The notes beneath the pieces are model-generated. The model searched no databases and was not told the origin of the DNA. It worked only from the letters and a program-made list of their open reading frames with translations. 32,903 nucleotides of DNA from assembly GCA_030642585.1 (NCBI GenBank), contig DAOWNN010000001.1:1-32903 (forward strand), read 5' to 3'. The DNA is from Bacteroidota bacterium. Lineage in GTDB: Bacteria > Bacteroidota > Bacteroidia > Bacteroidales > VadinHA17. The position numbers were made by a program, and so were the translations under genes. Below, piece after piece: positions 19,002 through 26,401 of this stretch (positions are counted from its first letter, which is position 1; the number at the start of each line of letters is the position of its first letter).

Positions 19002-20465
19002 TTATTCAGGCTCTTTAAAAAACTTTCTCACCTCTTCCCTGTCATCAAAATGGTATTCTCCCCCTGATATCAACTGATAAGTTTCATGACCCTTTCCGGC
19101 AATTAAAATAATATCTCCTGGTTTAGCTATCATGCATGCAGCTTTAATAGCTTCTCCCCGGTCAACAATAGACAGGATTTTTTTTTTATACTCATCAGGA
19201 ATACCACTAATCATATCATGAATAATTTTTACAGGATCTTCCCCCCTTGGATTATCAGAGGTTAAAATAAGTTGGTGGCTGTTTTCAATTCCAATTTTAG
19301 CCATTATGGGTCTTTTTAGTTTATCCCTGTCCCCACCAGCCCCGACAACTGTAATAATTTTTGAATTCTTTTCACTAATTTTTCTAATTGCTGTCAACAC
19401 ATTCAATAATGCATCTGGTGTATGTGCATAGTCAACAATTGCAAGGATCCCATCTTTAGATTTTATAGTTTCAAACCTTCCAGGAACTGGTTTCAACTGG
19501 CTAATTATTCTCAAAACCTCTTCTTTATCCAATCCTAACAAGCTTGATGCGGCATAAGCTGCCAAAAGATTATACACACTAAAATCTCCGATAAAGGGAA
19601 CCCATACTTCAGTTTCGTCAATTTTCAAATACGTTGCCTCAAGGCTTCTCTCTATAATCCTGGCATTGAATTCATTTACCCCTTTCAAGCCATAAGTACT
19701 TATCTTAGCCCTGGAGTTCTGAACCATCACCCTTGCATTACGGTCATCTGTGTTTATCAGCGCAAATGCATCAGCAGGAAGAATATCAAAGAATTTCTTT
19801 TTTGCTTTAATATAATTGTCAAATGTTCCATGATAATCAAGGTGGTCATGGCTTAGATTGGTGTAAATGCCAGCTTTGAATAATAATCCTGCTATCCTGT
19901 CCTGGACCAGAGCATGGGAACTTACCTCCATAAAAACATGTGAACATCCTGCCTCCACCATTCTGCTTAACAAACTATGAATGCTTATAGTATCAGGTGT
20001 TGTGTGAGTTGCATCGGATGTTTCTTTATGAATAATTGTATTTACAGTAGAGATTAAACCGGAAGGTATTCCCAGTGCTTCAAATATTTCATATAAAAAA
20101 GTAACTATTGATGTTTTCCCATTAGTTCCGGTTACTCCGGTTACCACAAGATTTCTTGTTGGGTGATCATAATATGCAGAAGCAATAAGTCCCAGGCTTT
20201 TAGCAGCAGATTCCACTTCAATATAGCTGAGATTTTTTTGAATTGAGTCCGGAAGTTGTTCACAAACTATTGCATCTGCTCCGGCTTCAATAGCCCCGGA
20301 GATAAAGTCATGTCCATCCAGTTGTGTCCCTTTTATGGCAACAAACAAATCGCCTTTAGATACTTTTCTTGAATCAATCTGAAGGTGGTTTATTTCAATA
20401 TCAAGGGAACCAAGAACCTTCCTGGTTTTAATTCCTTCCAATATGTCACCTAATAACCTCATCAA
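19002..20465 (-). CDS. murE: UDP-MurNAc-L-Ala-D-Glu--2,6-diaminopimelate ligase MurE
   Basis: The P-loop GVTGTNGKTS and the TSDNPRGEDP (DNPR) motif are present. The protein is 487 aa. Confidence 0.93.
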   Translation of the reverse strand: MMRLLGDILEGIKTRKVLGSLDIEINHLQIDSRKVSKGDLFVAIKGTQLDGHDFISGAIEAGADAIVCEQLPDSIQKNLSYIEVESAAKSLGLIASAYYDHPTRNLVVTGVTGTNGKTSIVTFLYEIFEALGIPSGLISTVNTIIHKETSDATHTTPDTISIHSLLSRMVEAGCSHVFMEVSSHALVQDRIAGLLFKAGIYTNLSHDHLDYHGTFDNYIKAKKKFFDILPADAFALINTDDRNARVMVQNSRAKISTYGLKGVNEFNARIIERSLEATYLKIDETEVWVPFIGDFSVYNLLAAYAASSLLGLDKEEVLRIISQLKPVPGRFETIKSKDGILAIVDYAHTPDALLNVLTAIRKISEKNSKIITVVGAGGDRDKLKRPIMAKIGIENSHQLILTSDNPRGEDPVKIIHDMISGIPDEYKKKILSIVDRGEAIKAACMIAKPGDIILIAGKGHETYQLISGGEYHFDDREEVRKFFKEPE

Positions 20466-20477
20466 ATTCTGAATTCT

Positions 20478-22592
20478 CTATACAAAACTCATTTCCAGAC
20501 TTATATTCTGGCCCGGAACAAGAGCGCTCCCGGGCATTATTGATTGGGAACGCACTTTTCCCCAACCTTTAACCTTAACTTTTAGTCCAGCACTTTCAAG
20601 TAAAAAAATTGCATCTTTCAAACCCATCTCCACAACATTGGGAACCATATTATCATGCACAGTCAAATTCTTAACAACAATAGCCGAATCTGTTGAGGCA
20701 GTAACTACCCATTCTCCTCCGGTTCCCACAATGTTTGTTTCATAATCCAATTTCTCAAGAACCAGGTTCAGATCCTTAAGTTTACCGTTTTTAGAGTACG
20801 GAGCTGCAAAATCAGACACATCTATAAATTCAGGCTCAATCTGCAACTCCATCTTGCTGGCATAAACCTTATCTGCTATTTCTTTAAATACCGGACCTGC
20901 AACTAAATTCCCATAATACACTGAGTTAGAAGGTGCATTTACCACAACTATGCAGGAATACTTTGGTTTATCTGCAGGAAAGTAACCAACAAATGAAGCC
21001 TGATATTGAACATTCCCTTTATAGCCCATATTTTGATCAGCAATTTGAGCAGTTCCGGTTTTCCCTGCAATCTTATAGAGTTCATTATTTAAATTCTTCG
21101 CTGTACCTTTCTCAACAACTCCTTCCAACATCTTTTTTGCATCTCTTATAGTAGCTTCCGAGGCAATGGAAGGGTTAATTACCACTGTTTTAATCTTCCT
21201 GATCAATTTTCCATGGTATCGTATTTCCTTAACAAATTTTGGACTTATCATCTTTCCATCATTAGCCACAGCATTGTAAAAAGTAAGAATCTGAAGAGGG
21301 GTCATTCTCACTTCATAGCCATGTGACATCATCGGCAAGGATATTCCAGACCACAAAGGATCGCCGGGATATTTGATTTCAGGAACACCTTCTCCCTTAA
21401 TTTCGATTCCAAGTTTCCGGTTCAGTTCCATATTATAAAGCCGGTTAATGAATTCTTTTTCTTTTCCCTGATAATTTTGCTGAATCAACATGGATACACC
21501 TACATTTGATGAAAACGTAAACACTTCTTCCACTGTAATTGTTCCATAGCCGCCTTCGTGTGTGTCTTTTATGGTTTTGTCATAAAATCGTACCTGCCCG
21601 CTGCCTGTTTCAACTGAATCTTCCAATTCAATCAAACCGTCTTCAAGTGCCACCATCAGGGCTGGAAGCTTAAATGTTGAGCCTGGCTCAGTACTTTCGC
21701 CTATAGCATAATTGTAACTTTCATGATAGTTTCCATCTTTGCCTATTTGCAAGTTGGCAATAGCACGGATTTCGCCTGTTTTAACTTCCATTAAAACCGC
21801 GGTACCATGATGAGCATTGTGCCGCTTGAGTTGTTTCAAAAGTGCATGATGTGCAACGTCCTGAATATTAATATCAATGGTGGTAATAACATCCTGACCA
21901 TCCTTAGGATCAACTTCATTTTTATCATTTAAAGGCATCCAAACATTCCCGGACAGTCTCTGCATCATTCTCATGCCAATAACCCCTTTAAGATTATTCT
22001 CATAGGCACCTTCAATGCCTACAACATTTCCTGAATGTCCTTTGGTTGTATAGCCAATTGTACGGGCAGCCAATTCTTTGTGAGGTAAAATTCGTTTGTT
22101 GTCCTGCTCATAAATAAACCCTCCCTTGTATCTTCCATTACGAAAAATGGGAAATGTTTTAAGTTTACTTAATTGAGCATAGCTTACATTCCGCTTAATC
22201 AGGTGATATCTTTCTCCCTTTCTTCTGGCTTTTAATAATTCATTCTTGTATTTAATACCTGATTTATCCCCAAAAAGCATGGACAAGCTCCTTGAAAGAG
22301 CATCTATATTCTCTTCAAAAACCTGATTCGACAGAGCATTGCTTACCATATCCATTCTTATCTCATAGATTGGAATTGAGGTGGCAAGCAGATTATAATC
22401 AGAGTCGTAAATATTCCCTCTTTCAGGAAGAATAGTAAAATCCCTGAGAGTTTGTGTCTGAGCTCTGGCAGCCCATTTATCGCCTTCAACCATCTGTATA
22501 TAAATAATTTTGCCAATAACGCTCAGCCCAAGTATGAAAAACAAGGCATAAATGAGTCCAACACGCCAAACTATATCTTTCTTTAGAGACAT
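20478..22592 (-). CDS. ftsI: class B penicillin-binding protein FtsI (PBP3) with one C-terminal PASTA domain
   Basis: N-terminal TM anchor. The transpeptidase motifs STFK (GSTFKLPAL), SSN (FSSNVG) and KTGT (GKTGTAQ) are all present. The last roughly 60 aa (VPNVVEMGLKDAIFLLESAGLKVKVKGWGKVRSQSIMPGSALVPGQNISL) match the PASTA pattern. Confidence 0.9.
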   Translation of the reverse strand: MSLKKDIVWRVGLIYALFFILGLSVIGKIIYIQMVEGDKWAARAQTQTLRDFTILPERGNIYDSDYNLLATSIPIYEIRMDMVSNALSNQVFEENIDALSRSLSMLFGDKSGIKYKNELLKARRKGERYHLIKRNVSYAQLSKLKTFPIFRNGRYKGGFIYEQDNKRILPHKELAARTIGYTTKGHSGNVVGIEGAYENNLKGVIGMRMMQRLSGNVWMPLNDKNEVDPKDGQDVITTIDINIQDVAHHALLKQLKRHNAHHGTAVLMEVKTGEIRAIANLQIGKDGNYHESYNYAIGESTEPGSTFKLPALMVALEDGLIELEDSVETGSGQVRFYDKTIKDTHEGGYGTITVEEVFTFSSNVGVSMLIQQNYQGKEKEFINRLYNMELNRKLGIEIKGEGVPEIKYPGDPLWSGISLPMMSHGYEVRMTPLQILTFYNAVANDGKMISPKFVKEIRYHGKLIRKIKTVVINPSIASEATIRDAKKMLEGVVEKGTAKNLNNELYKIAGKTGTAQIADQNMGYKGNVQYQASFVGYFPADKPKYSCIVVVNAPSNSVYYGNLVAGPVFKEIADKVYASKMELQIEPEFIDVSDFAAPYSKNGKLKDLNLVLEKLDYETNIVGTGGEWVVTASTDSAIVVKNLTVHDNMVPNVVEMGLKDAIFLLESAGLKVKVKGWGKVRSQSIMPGSALVPGQNISLEMSFV

Positions 22593-22601
22593 TGCATTAA
22601 T

Positions 22602-22970
22602 TTATTCCTCAATTACTAATTTTTTAGGTGGCCGTACTGCTTCTTTCAAATCCATCCCTTTTTCAGCAATCAGTCTGGAAACCTCAGACTGTCTACTCAC
22701 ATCCATAAGCTCAGCTGCTATAGAAATTGATTTCGCTCGTAATTCTTTGATCTCATTCTGCAAACCACTTTCTTCCCTTACAATTTTTTCAGCGTGATAT
22801 CTGTTCCCAATATATACCAGGGCAAGAAAGGCCAAAAAGGCCAAAAAAGGCAATTGCCTGGCAACTATGTCACGGGTCAGAATACTTCCATCAAAAACCT
22901 CCTTCAGGATTCCTTTTTTTGATTCCTTTACTTCTTCAACCTGATCAATAAATTCAACTCTATCCTCCAT
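22602..22970 (-). CDS. ftsL: FtsL-like small bitopic division protein
   Basis: 122 aa with a single TM helix (LPFLAFLAFLALVYIG) followed by a heptad-like segment. It occupies the conserved slot between rsmH and ftsI. The call rests on position and topology, not on sequence identity. Confidence 0.55.
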   Translation of the reverse strand: MEDRVEFIDQVEEVKESKKGILKEVFDGSILTRDIVARQLPFLAFLAFLALVYIGNRYHAEKIVREESGLQNEIKELRAKSISIAAELMDVSRQSEVSRLIAEKGMDLKEAVRPPKKLVIEE

Positions 22971-22975
22971 GAAAT

Positions 22976-23878
22976 TTATATTCTGCGTTCTGCAATTCTT
23001 AATTTAGCACTCCTGGAACGTGAATTTTCAGCAATCTCAGATGCCTCAGGCAAAATCACCTTTCGGTTAACTGCCTTAAATGGAGTGTTTTGATTTCCAT
23101 AGAAATCAGTTTCCATAATTTTTTCAAAATTTCCATATTTTAAGAAATTTTTCACCATTCTGTCCTCAAGGGAATGATATGTAAGAACAACCAGTCTCCC
23201 TCCACCCCTGATAACATCTACCGTCTGTTCCAAAAGAATTCGTAAACCCCTCAGCTCCTTGTTTACCTCAATTCTTATAGCCTGAAAAACCTTTGCCAGG
23301 TACTTGTATTCATTGTAACCGGGAGTACAATCCTTTATGGCCTCAACAAACTCCTCTATTCTGTGCAGGTGTTTCAATTCCCTTTGTTTAACAATCAGGC
23401 GACTTAAAGTCCTGGCATTTTTTATTTCACCGTATTCAGAAAAAATTCTAATCATTTCTTTTTCAGAATACGTCCCAATTAATTTAAGGGCTGAAAATTC
23501 TGCATCAGGATTCATTCGCATATCCAGCTCTCCTTCCATACGAAACGAAAAACCGCGCTCAGCCGAATCAAACTGGTACGACGAAACTCCAAGATCTGCA
23601 ATCAGTCCATCCACTTTATCAATACCCAGATATTTAAGATTATTCCTGAGATAACTGAAATTTTGCCTTACAAACAAAAACCGATCATCATCAGGAATAT
23701 TTTTTGCTGCATCAGGATCCTGATCAAATCCAACCAGCCTTCCTCCTTTTAGCCTCTTTAATATTTCCCTGGCATGCCCGCCACCACCAAAAGTTACATC
23801 AACATAAATCCCTTCAGGATCAATGTTTAATCCGTCAACACTCTGTTTCAATAATACCGGTATGTGATATTTGCTCAT
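22976..23878 (-). CDS. rsmH: 16S rRNA (cytosine1402-N4)-methyltransferase RsmH (MraW)
   Basis: YHIPVLL, VDVTFGGGGHA and DLGVSSYQFD motifs are present. The protein is 300 aa. Confidence 0.95.
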   Translation of the reverse strand: MSKYHIPVLLKQSVDGLNIDPEGIYVDVTFGGGGHAREILKRLKGGRLVGFDQDPDAAKNIPDDDRFLFVRQNFSYLRNNLKYLGIDKVDGLIADLGVSSYQFDSAERGFSFRMEGELDMRMNPDAEFSALKLIGTYSEKEMIRIFSEYGEIKNARTLSRLIVKQRELKHLHRIEEFVEAIKDCTPGYNEYKYLAKVFQAIRIEVNKELRGLRILLEQTVDVIRGGGRLVVLTYHSLEDRMVKNFLKYGNFEKIMETDFYGNQNTPFKAVNRKVILPEASEIAENSRSRSAKLRIAERRI

Positions 23879-24336
23879 TCTTCAGGAAGAGGGCCACCCA
23901 TAATTTTCTCTGCCAGTCTTGCAAAATCTTCTTCCCCAGGAGCATGTTTTTCATAATCATTCTTCGCCCAAATCTCAATCTTAGAATCCTGTCCTGCAAG
24001 CACCACATCCTTGCCCCCACTCAAAAGATCTAATAAGCGCCTGGGAATAAGAATTCTATTGTTGCTATCAAGAACCAATTCAGCAGTTCCACGGTAAAAA
24101 TTTCTTAGAAAAAGATTATGCTCCTTTTTGTAAGGATTAATTTTTCCCCTTATCAAGCGATTCTGATTTTCCCATTCTTCAATTGGATAAAGGACTAGGC
24201 AAGTTTCAAAAATGTCTTTTTTTACAACAAACCTATCCTGTCTCTTTATTGGTAATTGTTTTAAAAAGGCAGAAGGAAGCAGAATTCTACCCTTTGCATC
24301 AAGCTTACATGTATAATCTCCAACAAATGCGCTCAT
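23875..24336 (-). CDS. mraZ: transcriptional regulator MraZ (153 aa from the internal ATG)
   Basis: The ATG at 24336 gives MSAFVGDYTCKLDAKGRILLP, the canonical MraZ N-terminus. A second SpoVT/AbrB-like repeat is present (DSNNRILIPRRL). The longer 174-aa ORF would run through the operator-like boxes. Confidence 0.9.
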   Translation of the reverse strand: MSAFVGDYTCKLDAKGRILLPSAFLKQLPIKRQDRFVVKKDIFETCLVLYPIEEWENQNRLIRGKINPYKKEHNLFLRNFYRGTAELVLDSNNRILIPRRLLDLLSGGKDVVLAGQDSKIEIWAKNDYEKHAPGEEDFARLAEKIMGGPLPEE

Positions 24337-24374
24337 CTCCTGATCTTTTAAAAAAGTAAAAATATAGAAAAAAT

Positions 24375-24409
24375 CCCACTTTAAGCCACATTCACCCATT
24401 TTTTCCCAC
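24375..24409 (-). promoter_or_regulatory. putative MraZ operator: four TGG(G/C) boxes at exact 10-bp phasing
   Basis: The minus strand reads TGGGAAAAAA TGGGTGAATG TGGCTTAAAG TGGGA. In + strand coordinates the box starts are at 24405, 24395, 24385 and 24375. The last box ends 38 nt upstream of the mraZ ATG. The layout matches the TGGGN direct-repeat operator described for E. coli MraZ. Confidence 0.6.
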
Positions 24410-24572
24410 TATGTTAATAACTTTTGACCTTGAAAAAAGGCAGAATTCCAAAAATGAGATGATTATTAAATCTTCTATTGCTATAATCTGCTAAGAATTA
24501 TTTACATTTAAATACTTTTTTCACGACTCATTTTTGCACATAATACGAGTTGATGTCACGATCTAAGCTCCT

Positions 24573-25379
24573 ATGAACCAGGTAGATGTAGATAAGGTAT
24601 TTGAAGACAAGAACCCTAAGCTTAAGAAAGCACTTCCAGGTTTTGTTTTTTCTTACCTGAAAAGAATTATTCACCAGGATGAAATCAATGAAATTCTTAA
24701 CCAGTACGGGCATTTAAGGGGTCTTGAATTCGTTAAGGCGAGTCTGAATTATATGAACATTTCATACAAAGTAAAGGGAATTGAAAATGTTCCTAAGAAA
24801 GGGAGATTCCTTTTTGCTTCAAACCATCCTCTGGGAGGCCTGGATGGGGTTGTATTTATAGATGCGGTCGGAAAATTATTTCCTGACATCAAATTCCCGG
24901 TTAATGATATACTTCTAAATGTAGAAAACTTTAAGGGCTTGTTTCTGCCTATTAACAAACACGGGAAGCAAGCAAAGGAATCTGCTAGTATGATTGAAGA
25001 AGCATATGCATCTGATGCCCAGATTTTATATTTTCCTGCCGGACTTTGCTCCAGGAAACAAGGAGGCGAGATTAAAGATCTGGAATGGAAAAAAAATTTC
25101 CTGGTAAAAACCATTAAGCATAAACGAGACATTATTCCCGTACATTTCAGTGGCAGAAACTCAAATTTCTTTTACAGGCTGGCTAATCTCAGGAAGTTTA
25201 CAGGCATCAATGCTAACATTGAAATGCTCTATTTGCCAAATGAAATGTTTAAGCAAAAAGGGAAAGATCTGGAAATTAGTTTTGGCCCGCCCATTCTCCA
25301 TAAAACCATTCTGGAATCAGGTCTAAGCTCTCAGGAGTGGACTGATAAACTAAGGGATCTGGTGCATAATATGGACTGA
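24573..25379 (+). CDS. lysophospholipid/PlsC-type O-acyltransferase (GlsA-like, second step of glycine-lipid/flavolipin synthesis)
   Basis: 268 aa with the HX4D acyltransferase motif in SNHPLGGLDG and a FPAG-type second block (YFPAGLCSRK). It lies immediately upstream of an OlsB-like N-acyltransferase. Confidence 0.7.
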   Translation: MNQVDVDKVFEDKNPKLKKALPGFVFSYLKRIIHQDEINEILNQYGHLRGLEFVKASLNYMNISYKVKGIENVPKKGRFLFASNHPLGGLDGVVFIDAVGKLFPDIKFPVNDILLNVENFKGLFLPINKHGKQAKESASMIEEAYASDAQILYFPAGLCSRKQGGEIKDLEWKKNFLVKTIKHKRDIIPVHFSGRNSNFFYRLANLRKFTGINANIEMLYLPNEMFKQKGKDLEISFGPPILHKTILESGLSSQEWTDKLRDLVHNMD

Positions 25380-25414
25380 AAACAATTAGATACTTATTTT
25401 TCTGTTTTTATTCG

Positions 25415-25422
25415 TATTTTTG
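25415..25422 (+). promoter_or_regulatory. Bacteroidota-type -7 promoter element (TAnnTTTG)
   Basis: TATTTTTG is an exact consensus match. It lies 20 nt upstream of the ATG at 25443. Confidence 0.35.
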
Positions 25423-25442
25423 ATAAAATAGTTTTTCTGATT

Positions 25443-26390
25443 ATGCAAGAGATTATTCCTCCGATACCAATACATGAGCTTGAAAAAGAACTCTTATTGG
25501 CTCAATTTCTCAGAAAAACCAATTATGGAGGAAACGATGTATTTGTAACAGATTATCACAGAACTCCAAATATTGTAAAAGAAATTGGCAGGTTGCGGGA
25601 AGTAAGCTTTCGAAATGCCGGTGGTGGCACTGGAAAGGATTGTGATCTTGATGATTATGATACCGCTGAACAGCCTTATCAACAACTATTTGTCTGGAAT
25701 CCTAAAGATAAAGAAATTACAGGGGGATACCGGTTTTTCATATTCAGCAAATCACAAAATGATCTAAGCGATTATTCAAAACTGGCAACTGCCAAACTTT
25801 TTAAGTTCTCAGAAAAATTTATAAAGAACTATTTGCCCCACATGATTGAATTGGGGAGATCATTTGTGCCTCCTATGCTTCAGAAAACAGGTGGATCACG
25901 CAAAGGTGTTTTTGCACTTGATAATTTATGGGATGGTCTTGGAGCCCTGGTAATTAATAATCCCGGGATTAAATATTTGTTTGGGAAAGTAACCATGTAC
26001 ACACACTTCAACCAGGAAGCCCGCAACATGATATTGTATTTTTTGCATAAATATTTTGGAGATCATGAAAATTTACTGGTTCCGTATGAGCCCTTACAAT
26101 TGGACATGGATAAAGAAAAATTAGATTCTATTTTCACTAGCAACAGCACCCAGGAAGATTACAAAATTCTTTCCTCAAAGGTAAGAAGCTTAGGTGAAAA
26201 TATTCCTCCCCTTATCAATGCATATGTGAACCTTTCACCTACTTTAAAAACTTTTGGAACTGTAATTAATAGAAATTTCGGGAATGTTGAAGAAACAGGT
26301 ATTATGGTCACCATAAAAGACATGTATCTCTCAAAAATTAACAGGCACCTTGCCTCTTACTCTAAGGATTACGTTCTTCCCACCGAGTAA
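25443..26390 (+). CDS. GNAT-fold N-acyl amino-acid synthase (OlsB/GlsB-like, often annotated as putative hemolysin)
   Basis: 315 aa. The EIGRLREVSFRNAGGGTGKDCDLDDYD block is typical of the OlsB-like Acetyltransf_5 family. It is paired with the PlsC-type acyltransferase upstream. Confidence 0.7.
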   Translation: MQEIIPPIPIHELEKELLLAQFLRKTNYGGNDVFVTDYHRTPNIVKEIGRLREVSFRNAGGGTGKDCDLDDYDTAEQPYQQLFVWNPKDKEITGGYRFFIFSKSQNDLSDYSKLATAKLFKFSEKFIKNYLPHMIELGRSFVPPMLQKTGGSRKGVFALDNLWDGLGALVINNPGIKYLFGKVTMYTHFNQEARNMILYFLHKYFGDHENLLVPYEPLQLDMDKEKLDSIFTSNSTQEDYKILSSKVRSLGENIPPLINAYVNLSPTLKTFGTVINRNFGNVEETGIMVTIKDMYLSKINRHLASYSKDYVLPTE

Positions 26391-26401
26391 TTACCTGGCT
26401 T

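Noticed and set aside
22821-22852. Tandem FLA-FLA-FLA codon repeat (ggcaagaaaggccaaaaaggccaaaaaaggc) in the ftsL-like TM helix, considered as a slippage or phase-variation site
   Set aside because: The repeat unit is 9 nt, so it stays in frame, and the copies are imperfect. It simply encodes a hydrophobic helix, and there is no sign of a frameshift.
24337-24399. 21-codon N-terminal extension of mraZ (the 174-aa ORF in the track)
   Set aside because: The extension (MGECGLKWDFFYIFTFLKDQE) is unlike the MraZ N-terminus. It runs through three of the four phased TGGG operator-like boxes. The internal ATG gives the canonical MSAFVGDY...DAKGR start.
24411-24494. 27-codon + strand mini-ORF (MLITFDLEKRQNSKNEMIIKSSIAIIC) in the mraZ/acyltransferase divergent intergenic region
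   Set aside because: It has no supporting features and overlaps the outermost operator-like box region. It is the kind of short ORF expected by chance in AT-rich DNA.
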